64,000 bases of DNA from an uncultured Candidatus Saccharibacteria bacterium. Its GTDB lineage: Bacteria; Patescibacteriota; Doudnabacteria; UBA920. Made by a program: the position numbers and the translations under genes. Numbering within the stretch: position 1 is the stretch's first letter; each line of letters begins with the position of its first letter. Shown here piece after piece: positions 16,413-27,100 of the stretch. The notes below the pieces were generated by a model. The model was not told where the DNA came from. It searched no databases and was given only the letters and a program-made list of their open reading frames with translations. The stretch is taken from the NCBI GenBank assembly GCA_964384035.1, contig CAYLIB010000002.1, forward strand, positions 28,704 through 92,703, given 5' to 3'.

Positions 16413-18133
16413 GTCAATTAAAACAAATTCACTCAGAATTAGATAAGTTGAACAACGCTCCGATAGCGTATTTTTGTGCTGAGTTTGCACTTACAGATAT
16501 GCTTCCAATTTATTCTGGTGGTCTAGGGATACTTGCAGGAGACTATATTCGCGAAGCTGCAGATCAGGGTCTGTCAGTAGTAGGTGTTGGTCTGTTATAT
16601 AAACAAGGTTATTTCAAGCAGGTAATAACTCAAACGGGTATGCAGGATGAGCTGCCCGCTTACCACAATTCTGAGAGCTTGCCTATTACCAAGCTTCATG
16701 ATGCAGAATATAACCCCCTCCATATCTCAATTCGTTTGGAAGACCGTGATGTAAAAGTACAGCTTTGGCAATATGAGCAAAAAAACGTAAAGATTATTCT
16801 CCTTGATACAGATATTGAGGAAAATCCGGAGCTAGATAGAAGGCTCACACTAAGCTTGTATCCAACAGATAGTGATTGGCGTATACAACAGGAGATTATT
16901 TTAGGAATAGGTGGTGTTAAGGCGCTTAGTACTCTGGGTTATGAACCTAGTATCTACCACATGAACGAGGGTCATTCGGCTTTTGCTGTTTTGGAAATTG
17001 CGCACCAGCACATGAAAAAAAACAATTCTATCTTTGAAGAAGCCTTTAAAATAGCTTGCAAGAAAACCGTATTCACAAACCACACACTTATCCCTTCAGG
17101 AAACGATATTTTTCATAAAGATCAAGTAGAAAGGATTCTTGGGTCCTATGCAAAGCATTTAGGTCTCCCTATTTCTAGAGTATTAGAAATGGGTGTCGTC
17201 CCAGGAAGCGGTGACTTTTTTTCTATGACCCACTTAGCTTTGTCCGCAAGTAACGTTACAAGTGCGGTAAGTAGGTCGCATGCTCAGTTTGCCAAGGTTT
17301 CATGGCCAGAGTTTAATTTAAAACCTATAACAAACGGGGTCCATGCAGGAACCTGGCAAAATATTCATTTCCAAGAAATAGCAGAAAAGGTGGGTAGAGG
17401 CTATGAAGTAAGTGCAGGGAGTCTCTGGCGAGCTCATCAGGATGCTAAAGAAAAATTAATTGAGCTTGTAGTCCAAAATTCAGGTGTAGACTGGAACCCG
17501 GAGACACTTACACTCACTTGGGCACGTAGGATAGCCGCCTATAAGCAACCGCTACTCATATTTAGCGAGTTAGAGAGGCTAAATAAAATTGTAGCTAATA
17601 CAAAAAAACCAGTACAAATAATTTTAGCTGGTAAAGCACATCCAGGTGATACAAACGCAAAAGAGATGATATCGCAGATAATACGTTTTATAAATTCAGC
17701 CGAGCTAACAAGTTCTGTTGTCTTTTTGCCTAACTACAGTATGGAAATGGCAAAAATTCTGGTATCGGGTAGCGATGTTTGGATAAATACACCAGAAAAG
17801 GGCAAAGAAGCATGTGGTACAAGCGGCATGAAAGCTGGTCTTAACGGTGTACTCCAAGCCGCTATATCAGATGGTTGGACAGATGAAATAGATCTTGCAA
17901 GTGTAGGCTTTTTTATAAATCCTCACGATTCTGCAAAGAGTTTTTTTGATCAGTTGGAAAAAGAAATAATCCCACTGTATTACAACGAAAGAAATTTCTC
18001 CGGTGTGCCAGAAAATTGGGTAGAAAAAATGAAAGCTACTATAGGCGCCTGCCAAAACCGCTTTACCTCCGAAAGAATGTTGCTCGAATATGTAACAGAA
18101 CTCTATTTACCAGTCTTAATCTCTAAATCTTAA
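16394..18133 (+). CDS. glgP: alpha-glucan (glycogen/maltodextrin) phosphorylase, GT35, short form
   Basis: AYFCAEFALTDMLPIYSGGLGILAGDYIREAADQGL and HMNEGHSAFAVLE are GT35 hallmarks. 579 aa. Confidence 0.85.
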   Translation: MDTNNLSQLKQIHSELDKLNNAPIAYFCAEFALTDMLPIYSGGLGILAGDYIREAADQGLSVVGVGLLYKQGYFKQVITQTGMQDELPAYHNSESLPITKLHDAEYNPLHISIRLEDRDVKVQLWQYEQKNVKIILLDTDIEENPELDRRLTLSLYPTDSDWRIQQEIILGIGGVKALSTLGYEPSIYHMNEGHSAFAVLEIAHQHMKKNNSIFEEAFKIACKKTVFTNHTLIPSGNDIFHKDQVERILGSYAKHLGLPISRVLEMGVVPGSGDFFSMTHLALSASNVTSAVSRSHAQFAKVSWPEFNLKPITNGVHAGTWQNIHFQEIAEKVGRGYEVSAGSLWRAHQDAKEKLIELVVQNSGVDWNPETLTLTWARRIAAYKQPLLIFSELERLNKIVANTKKPVQIILAGKAHPGDTNAKEMISQIIRFINSAELTSSVVFLPNYSMEMAKILVSGSDVWINTPEKGKEACGTSGMKAGLNGVLQAAISDGWTDEIDLASVGFFINPHDSAKSFFDQLEKEIIPLYYNERNFSGVPENWVEKMKATIGACQNRFTSERMLLEYVTELYLPVLISKS

Positions 18134-18138
18134 TTGCT

Positions 18139-18972
18139 ATGCAAAAAAGGGAAAAGTTAGCGGGTTACTGTGGGCACGGAAATGTAAGAAATAATTGCGA
18201 ATCATGCAATAAAGAGCGCATAGACTTTTTAGGTCAATTAGAATTTCCTGCACGTGAAGAAGTAGAGTCTATGGATTTCAAATCGCTTCATGAGCTTTGG
18301 TCTAAAAACCACGAAATGTTCATGCGCGTCGTAAATTCTTTAGACCTGTCTAAGTTTCCACATTTGGCAGTTCATGGTAGTAGAGAAGGTGGTTTAGATT
18401 TTCTTCAAAGGAAAAACATTCCAGCTTATGTTTCTTTTAATAACAAAAAGCCATCAGACGAGGTAGAGGCTGCTGCTATCCTTTATCATCTTGCTTCTGT
18501 TGGCGTACAGTATACTAGGGTTGAGAGGGATTTTAAGCCCGGGAGTTTGGTTATTTGCAGTTTAGGGCAGGAAAAAGAGTCCTCTCGTAATCGTTTGCAG
18601 GAAAAGAAAGATAATAGAACCAGTGTTCGTTTTTTGAATCCTCAGCCGCTTTACCCTAAGCCTTTTAATCCAGGAGAAGAGTTAAATGAAAAAAATTGGA
18701 TAATGTCTCCTTGTGATACAGTTCCTGAGTCTAGGATTTTTTCCTACATAGAAATAATGGAAGAACACGGTGATATACAGGTGAATAAGATCGATGCAGA
18801 AAAATTATTCTCAAGTCCAGAATTAAATTTGGTAGTTAACCAAAATGAGCTGCCAGGTTACGAACATTTAAAATCCGAAAATAAAATTATAGATGGTTAT
18901 AGAGCCCAAGTTGCTTTAAGACTTGAAAGTCTCAAGGTAGCTATAAAAATTATCGAAAAATATCTGCTATGA
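18139..18972 (+). CDS. hypothetical protein with Cys-rich N-terminus (CGHGN..CESCN), inside the glycogen operon
   Basis: ORF bounded by glgP and glgA. Its stop overlaps the glgA start (ATGA). Confidence 0.55.
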   Translation: MQKREKLAGYCGHGNVRNNCESCNKERIDFLGQLEFPAREEVESMDFKSLHELWSKNHEMFMRVVNSLDLSKFPHLAVHGSREGGLDFLQRKNIPAYVSFNNKKPSDEVEAAAILYHLASVGVQYTRVERDFKPGSLVICSLGQEKESSRNRLQEKKDNRTSVRFLNPQPLYPKPFNPGEELNEKNWIMSPCDTVPESRIFSYIEIMEEHGDIQVNKIDAEKLFSSPELNLVVNQNELPGYEHLKSENKIIDGYRAQVALRLESLKVAIKIIEKYLL

Positions 18973-20444
18973 AAGTTCTAATTGTTTCTAGTGAAAATTC
19001 TCCGTACGCCCAAGTAGGTGGCTTAAGTCAGGCTATTTCCTTCCTCGCACGCGCTATTGCCAAACAAGGTGTAGATGTTCGCGTTTTTATGCCTAAGTAT
19101 GGAGTAATAGACGAAAAAAAATACGCGATGGATATGGACAACGAGGGCTTAAAAGTCCCAACAGGCGCGCCTAAAAAAGGTAAGCTGCCGAGCGAGCTTA
19201 TTTGTAACGTAAAATACAGAAGTTTAGACGAATTTTATGCACCTACATATTTTTTAGAGAACCGAGAATACTACGAACTCCGCGCGAATGTCTACGGTTA
19301 CAGCGACGAACACACTCGCTTCGCGCTACTTTCTTATGGCGCGCTAGAATGGATACTTCAAAGTAAAAAAGCAGGAAAATGGGTACCAGAAGTCATTCAT
19401 GCAAACGACTGGCACGCAGGGTACTTGGTTGAAGCGATTAAGCGAAACCCTAGGTATAAAAAAGAACTCGGTTCAGTAAAAGTAATCTATACCATACACA
19501 ATTTTAGACACCAAGGAAATATTAATTTCCGTTACGCAGATAAACAGGACGATGGTAAAAAAGAATTACTTCCCATGCTCGACCCAAAAATGCGTCTCCA
19601 GAATCCCATGTTAAGGGGGATTATAAACGCTGATCTTATTAACACTGTCTCTAAGAAGCATGCGCAGGAAGTGCAGACAAAAGAATATGGAGAGGGGTTA
19701 GATGAAGTACTCAGAAAGTATGCGTACAAACTAAGTGGTATTGCGAACGGTATAGATACTCTAGAGATGAACCCGGAAACAGATAAAAATATAGTCTCTC
19801 AGTTTAATATTAAGCAAATTCAGGCGAGAGCGGTAAATAAAACTGCTTTACAGAAATATTTTAAGCTCCCGGTCGCTAAAGATGTACCGATCTTTGGGTA
19901 CATAGGAAGACTAGCTCCACAGAAAGGGATAGAAATTATTTTACAGGTATTAGAACATATAGAGTCGCTACCTAAAAGTCAGTTTATCTTCCTCGGTAGT
20001 GGGGCAGAGAACTATTATGAAGAAATTAAAAAAATGTGCGAGCGGTATCCTACTAGGGTCGCAGCATTTCTACAAAGGGATTTTGTAATCCCCAGAAAAA
20101 TATTCGCCGGAGCAGACTTTTTACTAGTTCCTAGTCTTTTTGAGCCGGGTGGAATAGTTGCGATGGAGGCCCTGCGTTATGGTTGTATACCTGTAGTAGC
20201 TAATACCGGTGGTTTGAGCGAAACTGTTCAAGCATTCGATATTAACACTGGTGCTGGTAATGGTTTTCTTCATGAGCCTAAGGACACATGGAGTTTCTAT
20301 ACTAGTCTAATAGAAGCCTTAACCGTCTTCAGGCACAACGAATCCTGGCAGTCCCTAGTAAAAAATGCCCTCGCCTGCGACTTTTCATGGGACAAAACCG
20401 CCCAGAAATACATAGAACTTTATAAGCAAATGTTAACAAAATGA
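18969..20444 (+). CDS. glgA: glycogen/starch synthase (GT5)
   Basis: MKVLIVSSENSPYAQVGGLSQAISFLARAIAKQGVDVRVFMPKYG matches the GlgA N-terminal K-x-GGL motif. 491 aa. Confidence 0.85.
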   Translation: MKVLIVSSENSPYAQVGGLSQAISFLARAIAKQGVDVRVFMPKYGVIDEKKYAMDMDNEGLKVPTGAPKKGKLPSELICNVKYRSLDEFYAPTYFLENREYYELRANVYGYSDEHTRFALLSYGALEWILQSKKAGKWVPEVIHANDWHAGYLVEAIKRNPRYKKELGSVKVIYTIHNFRHQGNINFRYADKQDDGKKELLPMLDPKMRLQNPMLRGIINADLINTVSKKHAQEVQTKEYGEGLDEVLRKYAYKLSGIANGIDTLEMNPETDKNIVSQFNIKQIQARAVNKTALQKYFKLPVAKDVPIFGYIGRLAPQKGIEIILQVLEHIESLPKSQFIFLGSGAENYYEEIKKMCERYPTRVAAFLQRDFVIPRKIFAGADFLLVPSLFEPGGIVAMEALRYGCIPVVANTGGLSETVQAFDINTGAGNGFLHEPKDTWSFYTSLIEALTVFRHNESWQSLVKNALACDFSWDKTAQKYIELYKQMLTK

Positions 20445-21910
20445 TTTCAGGAGAATATAACAGCATAAACCCTGATGCTGCAAATATTGAAAGAAAAAAA
20501 GAAGAGCTTTTGGATGAGATGAAGAAGAGGTCGGATGAGCTTCATTCTATTCTTCAAAAAAGCGAGTCAGAACAAGACGAATTGTTGAGATATTTCGAAA
20601 AACATGCGGCTGATTTAGTAAAAGCATATGAATTTGAACCTGAGGTAGTCATACCTGTTCTAAAAAAGATGTGTTTAACAATTAGACCAAAAGAGGTAGA
20701 GTTTAGAGCTACAAAGTTTCACTATTATGGCTTAAATAAAATAGTTCAGCTACTCCCGAAGTTGCAGTCCGATATAAAAAACGGAAAGCCCATGCTAAGT
20801 CGTCTTGAAACGATATTTTATCTAACAGACTCAGAAGCGAGTAGTTTAGATTTTCAAAATAAAGGTGTCGAATCCTTATATGCTTTATTGCCTGAAATTT
20901 CTGCCAATTTTAATACTTACAATGGATTCGTCAACTATTCTCCGTTCATTGTACCAATCTTGAGGTATGGAGGGGTTATGCAGCGTGCAGCTGTCGAAAA
21001 GGTTATATGGGACTCCGCACAGTCTTATTCCGAGGAAGAGAGGTTTAGGGCGCTCTTTATTCTCTGTGTTAATGCAGACGATTACCCTGAGGTGTGTAAA
21101 AAATACTTCTGGCAAAAACTTGAATCTCTAAAACTTCCTGCAGCGGAAATATGTGAGGCCTGGGCAAAGGGTTCAAAAAAAGATGAGTTAAGGTACGCAC
21201 TCTCAGAGAATTTCAAGCTCATAAATTCGATTGAGGAAAAAAGACCAGGTATATGCGAAGTATTAAATAAAGAATTCGGAATAAAAAACTTTGCTCGTTA
21301 TCCTATCGATTTATTGGTCGACCAGTATGATCATCGTGACGATAAAGATGTGCAATACGGCATAATAGTCACTCCAGTAGAGGATTATAATGGGAGTCAA
21401 TATCGTAATCAGGGTATCTATAATAATATGCATAGAGCTCTAAAAAATAAAATTCACTTGCGGGTAGTGGAGTGTGAATCACGGGGGCATTTTGTAAGAA
21501 AATTAAATGAGTTAGACGGTAAGTATAACTCAGAGCCAGGGGTTAATAATGAGATTTCGCTATTATATTTTGGAGGTCATGGCTCCGAAGATTCTATTTG
21601 TCTAGGTGATTCGGGTGAGAAGCAAAAAATTAGAGTGAAGGATCTCAAAGGTTCAAGGTTAGGAAAAGTGAAAAGCTACTTTAAGAAAAAATGCATTGCC
21701 ATTTTGGCATCGTGTAGTACAGGTAAGGTCGGTGGTTTTGCAGAAACTCTAACTCAAGAATTAGATTTTGTAACTTACGCCTCTGACAAGGTAGGTTCTT
21801 TACATAGTCTCGATGTAAGATTTGATGAGCAGGAGAATCCTGTATTTGATCTTGAATATATATCTAAAAGAATCGGTATATTTAAGGGATTGGTCTATGG
21901 GGGTAAATAA
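20441..21910 (+). CDS. hypothetical protein with C-terminal caspase-like (CHAT-type) His-Cys domain
   Basis: LLYFGGHGSED...CIAILASCSTGKVGG fits the HG...C dyad spacing of caspase/CHAT peptidases. The N-terminal 300 aa are unknown. Translationally coupled to glgA (ATGA overlap). Confidence 0.45.
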   Translation: MISGEYNSINPDAANIERKKEELLDEMKKRSDELHSILQKSESEQDELLRYFEKHAADLVKAYEFEPEVVIPVLKKMCLTIRPKEVEFRATKFHYYGLNKIVQLLPKLQSDIKNGKPMLSRLETIFYLTDSEASSLDFQNKGVESLYALLPEISANFNTYNGFVNYSPFIVPILRYGGVMQRAAVEKVIWDSAQSYSEEERFRALFILCVNADDYPEVCKKYFWQKLESLKLPAAEICEAWAKGSKKDELRYALSENFKLINSIEEKRPGICEVLNKEFGIKNFARYPIDLLVDQYDHRDDKDVQYGIIVTPVEDYNGSQYRNQGIYNNMHRALKNKIHLRVVECESRGHFVRKLNELDGKYNSEPGVNNEISLLYFGGHGSEDSICLGDSGEKQKIRVKDLKGSRLGKVKSYFKKKCIAILASCSTGKVGGFAETLTQELDFVTYASDKVGSLHSLDVRFDEQENPVFDLEYISKRIGIFKGLVYGGK

Positions 21911-21990
21911 TTTGTGCTTGTCTGGATATTCCGGGTGAGATAGAGGGATGAGGTATTATGTTTTTTATTCCGAAAATAAAAAACCGAAAA

Positions 21991-22482
21991 TTATTCGGTA
22001 GCTATTTGTTTAATTTCAGGAACAATATTAGCTCTTTTTTGTTGGCTAAGTTTTGCTATAACCCACGCGGCAGTAATAATTACTGCGTTCTCAAGCAACC
22101 AAATCCCTATCCCAAGCCATGACCATCTTACGTCATCATGTGCGTTCAGCCATAGGTACATGCTTTGTTCGTCATGTAGTAGCGCCTCTCCAACACCATA
22201 AGCTAAGAACCAACCAAAGCGCTGACTGGCCTTCTGAATCCGAAATAACCCTTGAACTGCTATTACCTCCAAAATCATTATCCCAGCATTGAAATGGTGA
22301 AATCTTAAACCGTCGGTAATAATAATTCCAAACTCAGGGTGGTAGATGCTCAAGGCTCTGGTAATGAAAAGGGTAATAATAAAAGTCACCGATGACGTGA
22401 TAATTAGAGCCAGAGCTTGCTTAGTCAGGCTTTTTTCCATCGATCTAGCGACGAAAAAATATAACACTCTAAGTGGTTTCAT
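21991..22482 (-). CDS. small integral membrane protein, hypothetical
   Basis: 163 aa with 4 predicted TM helices. Confidence 0.5.
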   Translation of the reverse strand: MKPLRVLYFFVARSMEKSLTKQALALIITSSVTFIITLFITRALSIYHPEFGIIITDGLRFHHFNAGIMILEVIAVQGLFRIQKASQRFGWFLAYGVGEALLHDEQSMYLWLNAHDDVRWSWLGIGIWLLENAVIITAAWVIAKLSQQKRANIVPEIKQIATE

Positions 22483-22493
22483 TAGCTTCTCCT

Positions 22494-23225
22494 TTAGTTT
22501 CTGATGTCTAGATAGTCATGAGAGGCGGGTCTGCCTTTAAAAACTACACTTAAGTAATTCCAGGCATAACGAATTCCTATTTTCCATAGACCCTCATGAT
22601 TCATTCTCCGAGCCGAGGAATAGTTATAGAAGGACAAAGAAAATTTAATCTTTCCTACTTTCATGAGTCTTCTAGCCAAGTCAGCATCCTCACCATAAAA
22701 AGGTATTCTGGTATCGTAACCTTGAATGTCTTTAAGGGCTGATTTCCTAATTACAACATTACCTCCTTGTATCATTGAGGCTCTGCGTAATAAGAACCTG
22801 TTCACGAGGTAAGCAAAGTAACTGAAATAGTAGAAAATCCGAATCCAGAAATCCTGGGTTCCACTAGAGTCGTAACACCTATAAGGCCCGCTAAGTGCAA
22901 CCAATTCCTGATCCTCTGTAAATTCGCGGATCACTCTTTTTACTTGCCCTTGTCCCAGTCTACAGTCTGCGTCTATCTGGAATATTAAATCTCCAGAGGC
23001 TTTCTCAAGCCCTGTTTTTCTAGCCTGAGTTAGACCTTTCGTGGGCTCGTCTATTACTTGTGTATAACGAAACCCCATAGCCACACGTGCTGTTCTATCC
23101 GTGGATGCATTATTTACAACAATTATCTCATGTCCGCTACCTGTAATCTGTTCAATTATAGATGCGAGTGCATAAGAAATTAATTTTTCCTCATTAAAAG
23201 CAGGAATTACAAAGCTAATCTTCAT
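22494..23225 (-). CDS. family 2 glycosyltransferase
   Basis: MKISFVIPAFNEE...IIVVNNASTDRTARVA...QIDADC is a GT2 DxD-type fold. Confidence 0.8.
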   Translation of the reverse strand: MKISFVIPAFNEEKLISYALASIIEQITGSGHEIIVVNNASTDRTARVAMGFRYTQVIDEPTKGLTQARKTGLEKASGDLIFQIDADCRLGQGQVKRVIREFTEDQELVALSGPYRCYDSSGTQDFWIRIFYYFSYFAYLVNRFLLRRASMIQGGNVVIRKSALKDIQGYDTRIPFYGEDADLARRLMKVGKIKFSLSFYNYSSARRMNHEGLWKIGIRYAWNYLSVVFKGRPASHDYLDIRN

Positions 23226-24169
23226 ATAGACCTCCTTATCTCATTTCCGAGTCACTTATTATAGCAAACAGAGGCTATTTCTTTGTAAACTTATGCTTTT
23301 TATTAGTTTTCAAAATCGGTGGTTAGAGTATTTAAAAGGGGAGTGAGGAAGTTGACATAATGGGTCTATTTATGTATACTCAGCAATGTATTTAGTCCCG
23401 CCTCTTTATATGAATAGAACTGGAAGCAAAATCACTTTTTTAGTCAGAAAACCTAAATTCGCCTTTAAAGTTTAAGTATTTTTAAAGTTGAATTTGGGTT
23501 TTTTGTTTTTTACAAGCATTAAACCTAAAACACTTGTAACACTCAGAGGTTATAAGCGTCTCTAAATACGATGGGAGAAAACTATGAGCAAAAACTCATA
23601 TACCGAAACACAAAGAAACACAACAGCATTTAACAAACTTGTTACTTGCTACTTGTAATCTGTTACTAATGAGACTCATCGCTAAATCTTAGTTATTGAT
23701 CCCACGGCGTTTCGCAAGCAATTATAGTGTCGTATGCCTCTAGCCACTCCTGTTTAGGCGACTAGCGTCTGCATCTAAACTGGGGTCCTCAGATTTCTTG
23801 CTCACTTTTGTGTTTTAAAAAGATTTGTGGTCATGATGGTCTCGGGCTTTGCCCGGACCAAGCTCATGTAAAAGTCTTTTTAAAACCATAGAGAAAAGGA
23901 ATTTGGGGAGAGGAGTAATCACGGAGACTGCAGAAGCCAGATTTTCAATCTGGATTCGGAGGTCGCAGTGAATTACGACGAAGGTCGAACATATTGCGTA
24001 CAGTGTACGTCCTGTGGTTCTTCAATAATCTGTTAAATATGCAAGTCGTCTCGGTCCTCTAGAGCCTTGGCTTCGTGTTTATTGGCAGAAAATTAATTTT
24101 TTCATTGTGTGCTTGATTGTCTCAATTGAATAATCAAACATCTCTGAAAACGAAAGTATTTACCTAACA

Positions 24170-27100
24170 ATGAGTAATTCTCTCGCAAAGAAAGTCTTTG
24201 CTGTAGGTTCTGCTCTGGCTGTCGCCGTTTCTGCTTTCCCTGTTACTGCTCTCGCAGCAGCTCACAGTGCTGGCACAAACATCAAATCATCTGATGGAAC
24301 CATCTGGATGGTTATGCCTGACAATACCAGAAGAGCTTACACTTCCGCTGGCGCTTTCCTCAGCTACGGCTTTAACTCCTGGTCAGGAGTTGTAGACGCA
24401 AATGCTGATGATCTCGCTCTAACCGTAGGTTCCTTCATCCCTCCTCAGGACGGAAAAATCATCTGTTCTGACAGAGGTGCTGACAAAGGCACTTGCTATC
24501 TTATCACCGGTGGCCAAAAAGGTGGTTTCACTTCTGAAGCTGTCTTCAAAGGTCTTGGTTTCTCTTTCTCAAGAGCAACCTATGGTGACGTATCTTGGAT
24601 GTCTTCTACTTCCAACATCGACAACACCACTGCAGCCCACAGACCAGGTGTACTCGTTAACAATAACGGTACAGTCCAGTTAGTTGGCTCCGCTGGTTTA
24701 CTTGGTATCCCTGATCTTTCAACCTTCAACAGCTGGGGTTACAGCTTCAGCGATGTCGTAGCCGCAAATGCTTCTGACAAAGCTCTGTCCCAGACTGGTG
24801 TTATGGCTGCAAGAACAGCTGGACAGCTAAGTCCAACAGCAACCACAACTACCACGACTCCTCCTCCAGTATCTGGTTCTGTCACTGCTTCTTTAGCATC
24901 TGACACTCCAGCTACTTCAGTACTCGCTGGTGGTTCTTCCTACAACAACGTAACAAAGTTGTCTCTTACTAACGGTTCTTCTTCTGCAGCTAACTTGACT
25001 CAAATCACGTTAACTCGCGGTGGTATCGTTCAAGACAGCAGCGTTACTGGTGTAGCAGTTTTCGACGCTTCAGGTCGCCGCCATGGTAACTTCGGTACCT
25101 TCGGTACTGCAAAGTCCACCATTGGTTTTGCTTCTGATCCAATTGTAGTTCCAGCAAATGGTTCTACTACTCTTTGGGTTAAAGTTAATATCTCCAGTTC
25201 CGTTACAACCGGTACTGTAAACGTAGGTATTGCACAAGCTTCAGACCTCAAGTTTGATTCTGCAACTGTAGGTGGTTCTTTCCCACTTTGGGGTAACACC
25301 CATTCAATCGTAAGTGGCTCCAATGTTATTGGTTCTGCTACATTGAACTCTCAGACAGTTGGTGGTGGAACTTCTGGTTCCCCAGCTCAAATCGACCTCG
25401 GTCTTACCAACTTCACCGTTCAGAAATTCAGAATTTCTGAATCTAGCGGTCAAGAAGATATTAAGCTTTCTAGCTTAACTCTTTTCAACAACGGTACAGC
25501 AGCTGATGGCGATTACACCAACATCACTCTTAAGGATCAAGCAAACAACGTTCTTTCCACAATAGCTAAGTCTACTGGTGGTAAAGTACAGTTCGTTCTT
25601 ACTGCTCCTTATGTCATTCCTCGTGGCGCTACTCGCGACTTTAACATCGCAGTAGATGTACCAGGTATTTCTAACAGTGCATCTCGCACATTAGACTTCA
25701 CCATCCAGAATGACTACGATGTAGAACTTTATGGTTCCCAGACTGGTTCTGGTATATTACCAACCGCTTCCGGTGGTTCTACATTCCCAATCGGTGATGG
25801 TTCTGGTTCTGACGTAGGAAACTATGTTCAGTTCAAGAGCGGTTCTGTAACCGTTTCTAAAGCTTCTGACTCCCCATCTGCAAAGATGGCTCCAGGTGCT
25901 ACACAGCAAACTATTGCTTCCTTTGACGTAAAAGCTTTTGGCGAAGACGTCGAACTCCAGAAGTTAACCTTCGTTATTACCAAAGATGGTACCAACGAAC
26001 TTACAACTGGTATGAAGGCTTTCACAGGTACAGTTAAAGTTAACGATGAAGTTGGTTCAACTCTTTACAGTTCAACCGCTACCACCGCTTCTCTTTACTC
26101 TGCCGATGGTACCTTCACCATTAGCAACAGCTCTGTAACCAACACTGGTGCAGGTGCCGCTACTGGTACACAAGTCACTTTGAACACCTACAAGACCATA
26201 AAAGCTGGTACAACTGCAAAATTGAACTTTGTCACTGACATCTTCACTTCTGCAACTTCTACCGACCAATATGCAATTGCGATTCAGGGTTACTACGCAA
26301 GAAGAGTTTCTTCCAACAACTTTATTACCAATACTTCTACAGTAACTGGTAATACACGTCAGGTTGATACTTCTTCCCTAAGCACCTCTTCTAACTCTGC
26401 CTACAACCCAAGTAACTTGGTAAAAGGTGGTAGTGCTTTGAAGATTGGTTCTTTCAATATCCAGGCTGGTCCTGCTGAAAACATTACTTTGACCTCCCTT
26501 GGTCTAGTAATCTGTACAAACCACTCCGGTTCTACCGCAGCTATAGTTTGTACTTCTTCCGCTGTCCCAACTGGTGTATCCAACATCTTCTTAAAGACAA
26601 AGTCCGGCACAACTGAAACTGCCTTTGGTACCCCAATCTCTTCTACAACAGCTGGTACCACAGAAACTTTCAGCGGTAACGCTGTGATCAACGCTTCCTC
26701 TACATTGGAAGTTAATGTCTACGCAGATGTTTCCAATGCATTTGATTCATATGCATCTGGTTCCGATCTTCTCGGTGCCAAACTCACTGTAGTAGCTTCT
26801 GTAGGTCAGTCTTCTCAGACCAACATTACAGATTCTACTGGGGCAACTGGTCAAACTGTTACCATGACTGGTAATGGCGTTCTCCAGTTAACCGCAGACG
26901 CTGCTGGTACTCCAATTCAGCAGATCGTTCGCGCAAGTCAAACAGCTGTTCCTCTCTTGACCCTAAAGGTTGCAGAGTCTAGCAATGCTGAAGACTTAAC
27001 TATCAGAAAGCTTTACTTCAACGCCAGAAATGGTGCTGGTAACTACTCAAACCTTGCTTTGTATGATGGTGCTACTCAAGTTGGCTCCAGTGCAAGCATT

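Noticed and set aside
23570-23645. 24-aa ORF (MSKNSYTETQRNTTAFNKLVTCYL) in the leader of the giant surface protein gene
   Set aside because: It has a weak RBS and low-complexity sequence in an AT-rich leader. It is more likely chance.
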